Of a DNA stretch of 64,000 nt, positions 28,393 through 37,298 are shown in pieces. Each line of letters opens with the position of its first letter. The stretch's first letter is position 1. The notes beneath the pieces are model-generated. The model had not been told where the DNA came from. It saw only the letters and a program-made list of their open reading frames with translations, and ran no database searches. This DNA comes from an uncultured Gammaproteobacteria bacterium (lineage in GTDB: Bacteria > Patescibacteriota > Patescibacteriia > Magasanikbacterales > GWA2-37-8): the NCBI GenBank assembly GCA_964619625.1, contig CAZUFD010000003.1, positions 30,282-94,281 of the forward strand. The letters run 5' to 3'. A program made the translations under genes and the position numbers.

Positions 28393-29337
28393 TTATTCCA
28401 GTGCCGCCGCACCACCCGCAATTTCTGCGATTTCTTGGGTGATGCCGGCTTGTCTGGCTTTGTTATAGGTTAAGCTTAGTTCGTGAATCATATCTTTGGC
28501 TGCTTCGCTGGCGTTTTTCATGGCCACCATGCGGCTGCTATGTTCACTGGCCGAAGATTCTAGCATGGTTTGATAAATTTGTGTTTCTACGAGTCGCGGC
28601 AGAATTATTTTTAAAACATCTAATTTGTTTGGTTCAAATAAATAATCGTTTAAATTTGTCCCGATTTCGCTTTGGCGCGAAATCGAGGATGCTCGACTTT
28701 GTTGCGACAAAGTCGGCATTTTCTCAGCTCCTTCTTCTGTGTCAAATAAAGTTTTTTCCAAATCGGTTTCAGAAATTGGCAGAACTTGTCGTAGTTTTGC
28801 TGTTTGCACGAGCGCCGATTTAAAATCCGTATAAGCGACAATTACTTTGTCGTAAGATTTATTTTCATAGGCATCTATTATCATTTTGGCAATGGGTAGC
28901 GCGTCATCAAAATTTGGCGTGTCAGTCATGTTAGTAAAAGCGGCGGTAAGGTTATAACCCATTTTTTTGGCAAAGTCCGCGCCTTTTTTGCCGATGCCAA
29001 TAACATCCACCCCTGCTTTTTCCCTCGTCATTTGCAAAGCTGTTTTTTTAATTATATTGGCATTAAAACTGCCGCACAATCCCCTGTTAGAGGTGATTAT
29101 AATCATCAGAATTTTTTCTACTGGTCTGGTGGCTAACAGTGGCATTTGCTCTTTCTGAGTTTTGGACAAATTAACCAAAAGTTCCCAAGCCAAAGTAGCA
29201 TAGGCGCGAGTGTCCAGAGCGGCATTTACAGCCTTTCGCATTTTGGCCGCCGCGATCATTTCCATAGCCTTAGTGATCTTTTTGGTACTGGCAATGGATT
29301 TTAAGCGGCGTTTAATTACTTTTGTGTTAATGGCCAT
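28393..29337 (-). CDS. atpG: ATP synthase F1 gamma
   Basis: Motifs KITKAMEMIAAAK, RGLCGSFN and YNKARQAGITQEI. Confidence 0.96.
   Translation of the reverse strand: MAINTKVIKRRLKSIASTKKITKAMEMIAAAKMRKAVNAALDTRAYATLAWELLVNLSKTQKEQMPLLATRPVEKILMIIITSNRGLCGSFNANIIKKTALQMTREKAGVDVIGIGKKGADFAKKMGYNLTAAFTNMTDTPNFDDALPIAKMIIDAYENKSYDKVIVAYTDFKSALVQTAKLRQVLPISETDLEKTLFDTEEGAEKMPTLSQQSRASSISRQSEIGTNLNDYLFEPNKLDVLKIILPRLVETQIYQTMLESSASEHSSRMVAMKNASEAAKDMIHELSLTYNKARQAGITQEIAEIAGGAAALE
28662..28719. repeat. Double-hairpin palindrome in frame within atpG
   Basis: CGATTTCGC/GCGAAATCG and CGACTTTGT/ACAAAGTCG inverted repeats, encoding most of MPTLSQQSRASSISRQSEIG. Confidence 0.7.
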
Positions 29338-29350
29338 ACGTATAAACAAT

Positions 29351-29764
29351 TTATCTTGTTTTTTTTACAAATTCTTCAAATGCTTCTCTGTATTTTTTTA
29401 CTGATTCATTTCTAGATTGTGCTAGCAGCAAAGCCATTTCTTCCTTTACATCAAATTTTTGTTTTTGCGCCCTGTTCAAAGCAAGTGTTACTTGAAAAAC
29501 TAATTTAAACAATTCTGTGTCCGCTTCGGAAAATGTGTAACTGATAATCCCTTTCTCGCTTGTAACACGATGATCAGAAGAAAATTCTTGTTCAAGTTTA
29601 AGGAGCGAACTTACAAAAATTATACGATCTTCTTTGCTAAACTCCATTAAATCATCATGTTCTTCAAAACGGATCTTTAGTTCCTCAATTGCAATTACGT
29701 CAGCCTTACTTTTGGCTTCTTTTTTACCCAACCAGCTTATTTTTCCCTCTATATCACTGGGCAT
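29351..29764 (-). CDS. Hypothetical protein inserted between atpA and atpG
   Basis: 137-aa ORF from ATG 29764 that fills the gap with short spacers. Confidence 0.7.
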   Translation of the reverse strand: MPSDIEGKISWLGKKEAKSKADVIAIEELKIRFEEHDDLMEFSKEDRIIFVSSLLKLEQEFSSDHRVTSEKGIISYTFSEADTELFKLVFQVTLALNRAQKQKFDVKEEMALLLAQSRNESVKKYREAFEEFVKKTR

Positions 29765-29768
29765 ACAA

Positions 29769-31268
29769 TTATTTTTTTGCAAATTCCCCGCAAGCATCTT
29801 TTAACTCATTTTCAATTTCATTATCCCATTCACCTGCTTCCAATCTGGCCAAGAGCCCGCTCTTTGATTGTTCCATAAATGTATGGAACGCGCCTTCCCA
29901 GCTTCGCATATCTTTTACCGCGACAGCACTCGCAAAGCCATTACTTACCGCGTAGATGGCGGCTACTTGTTGAGACACGGCCATTGGTTCGTATTGCGGC
30001 TGCTTTAAAATTTCCACCATTCTCTGGCCAAGATCAATTTGATTTTTTGTTTCCGCGTCCAAATCCGAAGAGAATTGCGCAAACGCTTCCATTTCACGGA
30101 ACTGCGCCAAAGACAATTTTAATTTTCCGGCAACTTTTTTCATTGGTTTGATTTGAGCCGCGCCGCCAACACGCGATACGGAAATGCCCACGTTAAGCGC
30201 CGGGCGGATGCCTTTGAAGAACAGATCTGTTTCCAAGAAAATTTGACCATCAGTAATGGAAATCACGTTGGTTGGGATATAGGCCGTCACATCGCCGGCC
30301 TGAGTTTCAATAATCGGCAGTGCTGTAATAGAGCCTCCGCCGGATTCCTTGTTGCGGCGGCAAGCGCGTTCCAAAAGTCTGGAATGAATATAGAATACAT
30401 CGCCAGGGTAAGCTTCGCGGCCTGGTGGACGGCGAAGAAGCAGCGAAATTTCACGATACGCCCAAGCTTGTTTGGATAAGTCATCGTATACGCATAAGAC
30501 ATCTTTGCCTTTATCCATAAAGTATTCGGCCATAGCTACGCCAGCGTACGGAGCAATATATGACAAGGCCGCAGGTTGAGATGCGCCAGCTACCACCACA
30601 ATCGTATAATCCATAGCTCCTGCTTCTTTTAATTTTGCCACGATACGAGCGATTTTTGATTCTTTCTGGCCAATGGCAACATATACGCAAATAATGTCTT
30701 TACCTTTCTGATTGATAATAGTATCAATGGCTACGGCGGTTTTACCGGTCTGGCGGTCGCCGATAATAAGTTCGCGCTGGCCGCGTCCAACCGGAATAAG
30801 GGCATCAATAGCTTTGATACCGGTCTGTAAAGGCTGTGTTACCGGTTCTCTGGTCATTACGCCCGGAGCGATTTTTTCAACAGGGTAAAATTTGCTGGTT
30901 TTTATTTCTTTACCGCCATCAATAGCTTGTCCTAAAGGGTTTACAACTCGCCCTACAAGCTCCTCTCCAACCGGCACAGATAAAATGCGGTTTGTTCTTT
31001 TTACCGTATCCCCTTCTTTAATATATCTATATTCGCCAAGCAATACACACCCAACGGTTTCTTCTTCTAAATTTAAGGCTAGACCATACGTTATCTGGTC
31101 TCCGGAACCAAACTCCAACATTTCACTGGCCTGGCATTTGGACAAGCCGCTGATGCGGGCAATGCCGTCTCCCACTTCAATAACTTTGCCGGTTTCTTCT
31201 TGCTGGGCCTCTTTTTGAAAGAGAGATATATTTTTTTTGATTTCTTCAACAATATTATTTGTAGCCAT
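29769..31268 (-). CDS. atpA: ATP synthase F1 alpha
   Basis: Motifs GDRQTGKT and [15 protein letters not shown]. Confidence 0.98.
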   Translation of the reverse strand: MATNNIVEEIKKNISLFQKEAQQEETGKVIEVGDGIARISGLSKCQASEMLEFGSGDQITYGLALNLEEETVGCVLLGEYRYIKEGDTVKRTNRILSVPVGEELVGRVVNPLGQAIDGGKEIKTSKFYPVEKIAPGVMTREPVTQPLQTGIKAIDALIPVGRGQRELIIGDRQTGKTAVAIDTIINQKGKDIICVYVAIGQKESKIARIVAKLKEAGAMDYTIVVVAGASQPAALSYIAPYAGVAMAEYFMDKGKDVLCVYDDLSKQAWAYREISLLLRRPPGREAYPGDVFYIHSRLLERACRRNKESGGGSITALPIIETQAGDVTAYIPTNVISITDGQIFLETDLFFKGIRPALNVGISVSRVGGAAQIKPMKKVAGKLKLSLAQFREMEAFAQFSSDLDAETKNQIDLGQRMVEILKQPQYEPMAVSQQVAAIYAVSNGFASAVAVKDMRSWEGAFHTFMEQSKSGLLARLEAGEWDNEIENELKDACGEFAKK

Positions 31269-31277
31269 ATTCGGTTT

Positions 31278-31667
31278 TTATTTTATTAAAGCTTGTTTTA
31301 ATTTATGCAATTGAGTTTTTAAACTGGCGTCGTATACTACATCGTCTATCTTTATTTTTACTCCGCCGACTAAATCTTTATTTATTTTCTGCGTTATTTC
31401 CGATGTTGCTCCAAATACTTTTTGAATATTTTCTTTAGCTTTATTATTTATTTCGTGAACGCTTTCCATCTCAATTGTTTTGATTCCGGATTGTTTTTTT
31501 GCGTATGCTTCAAATTCTTTTATAATATATTCTATTTTTTTAACTTTATTATATTTTTGCAGGGTGACAAAAAATTGTTTTACAATTTGCGGCAAACTTT
31601 CCGCCGGTACATTTTTCGTAACTTCGTACAGGGCTTTGGCAAATTGTAAATTACTCTGCTTTCGCAT
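31278..31667 (-). CDS. atpH: ATP synthase F1 delta (short form)
   Basis: FAKALY and LVGGVKIKIDDVVYDASL motifs, plus operon position. Confidence 0.88.
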   Translation of the reverse strand: MRKQSNLQFAKALYEVTKNVPAESLPQIVKQFFVTLQKYNKVKKIEYIIKEFEAYAKKQSGIKTIEMESVHEINNKAKENIQKVFGATSEITQKINKDLVGGVKIKIDDVVYDASLKTQLHKLKQALIK

Positions 31668-31668
31668 A

Positions 31669-32226
31669 TTATTTTAGACTTTTTACGGCCTCTTCAATTA
31701 TTTTACTATCCTTTTCCACATCAATTTTGGCACCTAAAATCTTTTCGGCAGCGGCCACGATCAAATTGGCGGTTTGTTCTTTTATCTCCTGTACCGATTG
31801 ATCACGTTCGGATTTAATATTTTTTCTGGCCTGCTCTACAAGCTGTTCAATCTCTTTTCTAGTTTTTTCTTTTAATAGCTCGGCGTTACGCACAGCTTCA
31901 ACTTGAGCTTTTTCCAAAACTTTATTCGCGTCTACTTTGGCCTGATCTATTTTTTCCTGATATTTCTTTTCGCTCATGCCTAAATTAGTTTCAATTTTTC
32001 TCGCATTTTCAATACTGTCATCAATCATCTTTTGTCTCTCGGACATTTTTTTGGTCAGTGGTTTTAGAATTAAAAACCATAAAATTAACGCTACTAAAGC
32101 AAAGTTAATAAGCTGAAAGATAAATAGAGTGCTATTTATGCCAAGCGAGGCAAGCACTCCGGTTTCAGCTGCAGCTTCGGCAGTTTTTTTGGTTATTTCT
32201 GAGGCGTGAGCAATATCTATAAACAT
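31669..32226 (-). CDS. atpF: ATP synthase Fo subunit b
   Basis: FQLINF..L..L..KPL TM segment followed by a coiled coil. Confidence 0.93.
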   Translation of the reverse strand: MFIDIAHASEITKKTAEAAAETGVLASLGINSTLFIFQLINFALVALILWFLILKPLTKKMSERQKMIDDSIENARKIETNLGMSEKKYQEKIDQAKVDANKVLEKAQVEAVRNAELLKEKTRKEIEQLVEQARKNIKSERDQSVQEIKEQTANLIVAAAEKILGAKIDVEKDSKIIEEAVKSLK

Positions 32227-32306
32227 AGGACTACTAAGTATTTATTGGTTGAAAATTATCTCGTCAAGCTCGGCCTTGCGTTTAACAAGCCCGAACCGAT
32301 ACGAAA

Positions 32307-32528
32307 TTATTTTAAAGTAAAAACTACCACCAAAGCGTAAATAGCGATAGCTTCCGCAAAAGCGGCACCCAAGAGCATCGGTACGAATAATTTATCAGAA
32401 GCTTCCGGATTGCGGCCGATAGCTTCCATGGCTTTTGCCACTAGTAAACCGATAGCTATAGCTGGACCAAATCCGCCGATAGCCATTGTTAAACCCTTTG
32501 CCAGAGCTAACACTGATTCGTGTTCCAT
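32307..32528 (-). CDS. atpE: ATP synthase Fo subunit c
   Basis: GRNPEA loop and the FAEAIAIY conserved carboxylate. Confidence 0.96.
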   Translation of the reverse strand: MEHESVLALAKGLTMAIGGFGPAIAIGLLVAKAMEAIGRNPEASDKLFVPMLLGAAFAEAIAIYALVVVFTLK

Positions 32529-32652
32529 ATTTGACCTTTCCGATATCAGAGCCGGACGAGGAGGCTTGAATTTTAACCTCGCGGGTAATATCTTATTTTA
32601 ATTAATTGCCTCAAATTAAGAAACTTCGTTTTAATTTCTTAGTTTGAAATAA

Positions 32653-33432
32653 TTAATGTTCTTGTCCGTGTGGTTTTGTAGTCATGACCGTTAGATACAC
32701 GAGCGTAAGCATCGTGAAAACACTAGCTTGGATTAAACCAACCAAAAGTTCCAAAAGCATAAACGGAGCCGGCACCAAAGCGGCGGCAATACTGCTAATA
32801 ACGGAGATCAAAACTTCACCGGCAAAGATATTGCCGAACAATCTTAAGGACAAAGATAAGACCTTGGCCATTTCGCTGATTATCTCTATAACTCCCACGA
32901 CCAGCTCTACGACAGCTGTAAAAATTGCAACCGGCCCTTTAGTTAGGCTTTTTACAAAGGTTCCAATTTGGATGAATTTGTTTAAGTGAGTGAAGATGCC
33001 AACCGTAAACAACCCAAATAAGTGCGAAGAAACTACTGAAACAAGAGCCATGGCCACAGTTAAGTTTAGATCCGTATTGGCAGGTCGCAATAATGGCGAT
33101 TCCCCTACCGTAATACTTCCAGTACCCGGCAATAATCCCAGCCAATTTGATAATAAAATAAAGAAGAAGATTGAGCCGGTAATAGGCAAAAATCTCATGG
33201 TTTTTTTGCGGTCACCGGTGACTTGGTCAAAATAAACAAAAAGTTTTTCTAAAAAATATTCTAAGAAGTTTTGTGTTTTACCCGGTTTAAGTTTTATATT
33301 GCTGCGGATGATAAAACCCAAGATTAGAAAAAAGACAATAGCCAACCATGTATTTATAATTGTGTTAGTAACGGGAAGCTTTCCAATGTGGAATAAAACT
33401 TCCGGAGCTAGGGTTGGGATATGTAATTCCAT
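32653..33432 (-). CDS. atpB: ATP synthase Fo subunit a
   Basis: Motifs SNWLGLLPG, SLSLRLFGNIFAGE and IQASVF. Start at ATG 33432. Confidence 0.95.
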   Translation of the reverse strand: MELHIPTLAPEVLFHIGKLPVTNTIINTWLAIVFFLILGFIIRSNIKLKPGKTQNFLEYFLEKLFVYFDQVTGDRKKTMRFLPITGSIFFFILLSNWLGLLPGTGSITVGESPLLRPANTDLNLTVAMALVSVVSSHLFGLFTVGIFTHLNKFIQIGTFVKSLTKGPVAIFTAVVELVVGVIEIISEMAKVLSLSLRLFGNIFAGEVLISVISSIAAALVPAPFMLLELLVGLIQASVFTMLTLVYLTVMTTKPHGQEH

Positions 33433-33448
33433 AACTAAAGTAGGTTTT

Positions 33449-33742
33449 CTATAATCGCTCTTCCGGCTTCTTTTCTTTCTTGCCGGCATCGTTTAATCTC
33501 TTGTACTGCGCGCCGTAATTTTTTGCTTTTTTGTGAATGATTTTGGCGGAAATTAGGGCTGCAAGGACAAATGCCAAAATGGTAAAAAGAGGTGCGGTGT
33601 TGTATTTTTTATCAATATACTGGCCAATCAGCACTAGGATTACAACCGGTACGGCTATGGAGGCGCCAAAATCACCTATAATTCGCAGAGCCAATATATA
33701 GTAATCTCGACTCGCTGGTTTCGGTAAATTTTCTTCGGGCAT
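33449..33742 (-). CDS. AtpZ/AtpI family protein
   Basis: Two TMs with GQYIDKKYNTAP. First gene of the atp operon. Confidence 0.85.
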   Translation of the reverse strand: MPEENLPKPASRDYYILALRIIGDFGASIAVPVVILVLIGQYIDKKYNTAPLFTILAFVLAALISAKIIHKKAKNYGAQYKRLNDAGKKEKKPEERL

Positions 33743-33930
33743 ATAAAATGCACTTAAGAACGCGACTATTTTACATATATTTTTTTCTAAAGTCAAGCAT
33801 TTTTACAGGTGGATTGTTGTTGATAAAACTGCAGCTACAGAACCCAGCGGCCACACTCTCTAGATTTATGGCTGTTTTTGTTTATTTTGGCTAATTTTAA
33901 ACTAAAAATAGATAAAATTTTGATAAAGTA

Positions 33931-33959
33931 TTGACAAAACACGAACTTATTGTTACTAT
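33931..33959 (+). promoter_or_regulatory. sigma70-type promoter TTGACA-17-TACTAT
   Basis: Direct sequence match upstream of the ORF at 34042. Confidence 0.7.
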
Positions 33960-34041
33960 TGCTCGTTATGTAGAAGCGGCACGCAGGGGGTGTGCAACTT
34001 CTCATAATAGACCCTAAACGGCGAAAGGAGCCGTTTTCCCG

Positions 34042-34392
34042 ATGACCGACTACCAGAACCCTGATCCCGAACTTTTTGGTCTGGAGATCGCAGTCCATTT
34101 GGGCTGGCTCGCCGGTACCGAAGCCCCTCCACTAGAAGACGAGGGGGCAGAGATCACGATCAGCGAGTTTTCCGACGCTGATCTGTTCAACTTGGAGGTC
34201 GAACACGCAGTCGACACTGCCGTTGTCGTGCCAGAGCCCGCTGGGCTGAAGGCGGCAACTGCGGAACCGACCAGCGTGGATGATGGTTGGGAGATGGAAA
34301 ACACGGGTGACAGCCAGGAGAATACCCAGGTTGATCGCCCGCGTCACATGATCATTACGGCAGAAGGTCCCCGTCTGGTCCACCACGAGTAG
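34042..34392 (+). CDS. Hypothetical acidic protein (GC-richer ORFan)
   Basis: Own promoter, AAGGAG SD, and a 3' hairpin plus terminator at ~34408-34534. Confidence 0.65.
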   Translation: MTDYQNPDPELFGLEIAVHLGWLAGTEAPPLEDEGAEITISEFSDADLFNLEVEHAVDTAVVVPEPAGLKAATAEPTSVDDGWEMENTGDSQENTQVDRPRHMIITAEGPRLVHHE

Positions 34393-34583
34393 TTGGGTGT
34401 GCCGGCGCGAAGCATCTGTTCGCCGCCGCACTACCGCTTTCAAGATAAAAAAATTTGTCTTGTAAAGCGGTGGCGGCGAACTTCAAAAAAACAGATATAA
34501 CAAAAAATCCGCACGTGAGCGGGTTTTTTGTTATATTGACCATTTACTTAAAATATGGTACGAATTATTTAGGAGGGATCAAC

Positions 34584-34700
34584 ATGAATCTTGCCGAGGA
34601 ATTGATTGGATCTGCCCTGGAAATCTTCCTGAACTGGATGGCGATCATGTACCGTATCCGGGAACTCTTCCGGGTTGACCTCTTCCCCTTGTCCTCCTAG
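34584..34700 (+). CDS. Small 38-aa ORFan
   Basis: TTGACC at 34536, AGGAGG SD, ATG 34584 and a terminator at ~34791-34822. Confidence 0.55.
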   Translation: MNLAEELIGSALEIFLNWMAIMYRIRELFRVDLFPLSS

Positions 34701-34882
34701 TTAGTACCTTGTATCGGGCTTCACGCCCAGTACGTCGTCCTAGAGAGGGCAGCAACCAGCGGTGTCACACACTGTTGTGACGCCGCAACACAAAAACAGC
34801 TTTCAACGTAAGGCTGTTTTTGTTTTCAACAATTGACCCATTTTATATAAGTATGCTAGTTTACATACAAGGAGGTAGTGGT

Positions 34883-35143
34883 ATGAAGAAGGATGCAAAT
34901 TTCTTTGAGAACTTGGTGGATTGGATCAAGGAGTCGCTGCGTACGTTGCAGCTAGACGAGGTGTTGGAAGATCTTGCTTACTGGGTGGGAAAGTTCGTTA
35001 TTGAGGTGAGCAAAGAGCTTACTCCTGAAGGTTTGCAGAAGTTCTTCAGCGGTTTGAGCGGCGGGTATATCAATACGATGGACCTAGACATCGATCTGGA
35101 TGGAGTGCAACCCGATGAACTTCTCTGCAAGAAAAGCAGGTAG
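34883..35143 (+). CDS. Hypothetical 86-aa ORFan
   Basis: TTGACC at 34833, AGGAGGT SD, ATG 34883. Confidence 0.65.
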   Translation: MKKDANFFENLVDWIKESLRTLQLDEVLEDLAYWVGKFVIEVSKELTPEGLQKFFSGLSGGYINTMDLDIDLDGVQPDELLCKKSR

Positions 35144-35251
35144 CGCCTCTACTGCGCAAGGTCTTCGCCTCGCCCGAAAATTCGGAGCGAGGCAATGTAT
35201 TTTTATAGGAAAAATGGATTACGTTTAATTTTTAAATATTGCTAGCACCCC

Positions 35252-35280
35252 TTGACAAAAGGGGTGTTTTGGTGTATAAT
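35252..35280 (+). promoter_or_regulatory. Perfect consensus sigma70 promoter TTGACA-17-TATAAT, with the -35 embedded in a CACCCCT/AGGGGTG palindrome
   Basis: Direct sequence match. Confidence 0.8.
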
Positions 35281-35409
35281 GTCGGGTTGCTCTTTTAATA
35301 GACAGTCTTATTTGCCCCGGGGCAAGAATGCGTCAAATTAGCGCTTTCTCGCCCCTCGGCAACCAAGATTTCGCCGAGACAACCATTTTCCGTGAGAGGA
35401 TCGAAACAA

Positions 35410-35820
35410 ATGAAGAACTTCCGCACCCAGTTCACCTCCATCGCCAGCAACCTGATCATCCTGATCATCGCGCTCGCCTTCGTCCTCACGGGCGGGACGA
35501 CCACGGTCAACTCGGCCTACGCCGACGGCTCCGCGATCACCGTCCGCAAGAACGGCAAGAGTTTCCCGCTCACGCAGAAGCACCGCAACGCGATCAGCGA
35601 GATCGAGCACATCATGCGCCGGTCGGGCGACAACCAGAAGCAGCCGACGAAGTTCTTGTACTCCTGCAACCAGGGGAACGAGAAGATCCGGCAGATCGTC
35701 GCCACCTTCCCCGCGGATGAGCAGTTCATCATGTCGGACGAGTGGGACGGCGAGTGCTTCTTCTACATCCCGCCGACCCGGAAGGTCAACAAGACGCCGG
35801 TGATGGTCGCCAAGAAGTAG
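35410..35820 (+). CDS. Hypothetical exported protein, strongly GC3-biased
   Basis: N-terminal signal/TM segment, GAGAGGA SD, nearly all codons ending in G/C, and a terminator at ~35874-35900. Confidence 0.75.
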   Translation: MKNFRTQFTSIASNLIILIIALAFVLTGGTTTVNSAYADGSAITVRKNGKSFPLTQKHRNAISEIEHIMRRSGDNQKQPTKFLYSCNQGNEKIRQIVATFPADEQFIMSDEWDGECFFYIPPTRKVNKTPVMVAKK

Positions 35821-35907
35821 CAACACCCTGGTCGTGTTCGCGCCCCAAGCGCGGCCACGGCCTACGGCCCAACGAACCCCGCACGCAAGTGTCGGGGTTC
35901 AGTATTT

Positions 35908-36762
35908 TTAAAGAGAAATATTAAATAACTTTTTAGCGTTTTCGGTCGTCGCAGCCTCGGCTTCGGCAAAAGATATTTGTTTTACTTCGGCAATTTTTTT
36001 AATTGTTTCTCGCACCATCGGCGGTTCGCATCTTTGGCCCCTATACGGAATCGGCGCCAAGTATGGCGCATCGGTTTCCACGACAATTTTTTCTAAAGGA
36101 CAATTTTTTACCACTTCAAGCAAATCAAATTGAAGTTGCGGAGAATTTTTCTTTGGCGGAAATGTTATAACACCGGTAAAACCAATATGCAGCCCCAATT
36201 CCAAATACTGCTGGGCAAAATGCCAGTTGCTGGTATAACAATGAACCGTGCCGCGAATTATTTGCTGCCCGTACTGGGCCATAAGCTGCTTTAACAGTTC
36301 TATCATCTCGGCATGCGCTTCGCGTACATGAAGAACCAAAGCCACGTTTAATTCTTGCGCTAATTTATATTGCAAAGCAAACATCTGTTTTTGTTTTTCC
36401 AACACCTCTTCCCTGGTTTTGTTTTCGGGCAATCTGTACAAATCCAAACCGCACTCCCCTACGGCAATCACTTTTTTACTTTGCCCCAAATTTTTATAAT
36501 ACTCATAATCAAACTCTTCTTCGCGCGACAAAAATTTACTTTCCTCTTCGTCAATATGAGTGGAAAACAAATGTATGGGATGAAGTCCGATGCTCGCATA
36601 CGTAAACGGAAACTTTTCAGCCATTTCCACTCCGGCCCGACTGGTATCTTTTTGCGTGCCAACCAAATTTAAAATCATATTCTCCTGGCCGCATTTTTTT
36701 ACGACTGCTTCGGCGTCATTTCTAAAACCATTAAACTGCACATGGCAATGGGTATCAAACAT
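35908..36762 (-). CDS. tatD: TatD family DNase
   Basis: Motifs DTHCH, GLHP, GECGLD, HCY and ETDAPYLAP. Confidence 0.95.
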   Translation of the reverse strand: MFDTHCHVQFNGFRNDAEAVVKKCGQENMILNLVGTQKDTSRAGVEMAEKFPFTYASIGLHPIHLFSTHIDEEESKFLSREEEFDYEYYKNLGQSKKVIAVGECGLDLYRLPENKTREEVLEKQKQMFALQYKLAQELNVALVLHVREAHAEMIELLKQLMAQYGQQIIRGTVHCYTSNWHFAQQYLELGLHIGFTGVITFPPKKNSPQLQFDLLEVVKNCPLEKIVVETDAPYLAPIPYRGQRCEPPMVRETIKKIAEVKQISFAEAEAATTENAKKLFNISL

Positions 36763-36770
36763 AAGACGGA

Positions 36771-37295
36771 TTACATCAAATTATCTACGGTACTGCGCAA
36801 AATTCGCAATGCTTCAGGAAGCAGAGGGATAAGAATAGAGGCCAGGCGCACCAGCGGTGGCGCAACTTGCGAACTCGCAAGGCCATTCATAAACATTAGA
36901 TTTATGGGGAAGCGAGCGATAAAAAATAGTGAAATTCCTACTACCGCTATGCCTTCTACGGCCCCTAGTATAAACCCCAAGATTCTATCAATACTTCGCA
37001 AAAACGGCAGTTTGGTAAAGATAGATAAGAATTTTTCCATGATCCAAAAGACAAATCCAACCAATCGGGTAATAAGCAAAAACGCAACCACAAACACGAT
37101 AACTTTTACATGATTTTGGCTCCAGCCCGTAAAATTGATGATCCAGTTGGCGAGCGGTTCGTAGTAACGACCAGCCAGATAAATACCGACAACTGTGCCG
37201 ATAAGCGACCCAAGCGTCCGCACCAACCCAAACCACAAACCAAACAGGGCAAAACCTGTGATAATAACGAGAAGCGATATGTCAAAAAGAGACAT
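36771..37295 (-). CDS. CvpA family membrane protein
   Basis: FDI...GLWFGLVR and IDRILGFILG patterns. Confidence 0.85.
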   Translation of the reverse strand: MSLFDISLLVIITGFALFGLWFGLVRTLGSLIGTVVGIYLAGRYYEPLANWIINFTGWSQNHVKVIVFVVAFLLITRLVGFVFWIMEKFLSIFTKLPFLRSIDRILGFILGAVEGIAVVGISLFFIARFPINLMFMNGLASSQVAPPLVRLASILIPLLPEALRILRSTVDNLM

Positions 37296-37298
37296 ACA

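Noticed and set aside
35328-35826. Overlapping alternative ORFs in GC-rich segments (35328+, 35338-, 8550+, 9387-, 34132-)
   Set aside because: These are shadow frames expected from high GC3. Promoter and SD evidence supports only one frame at each locus.
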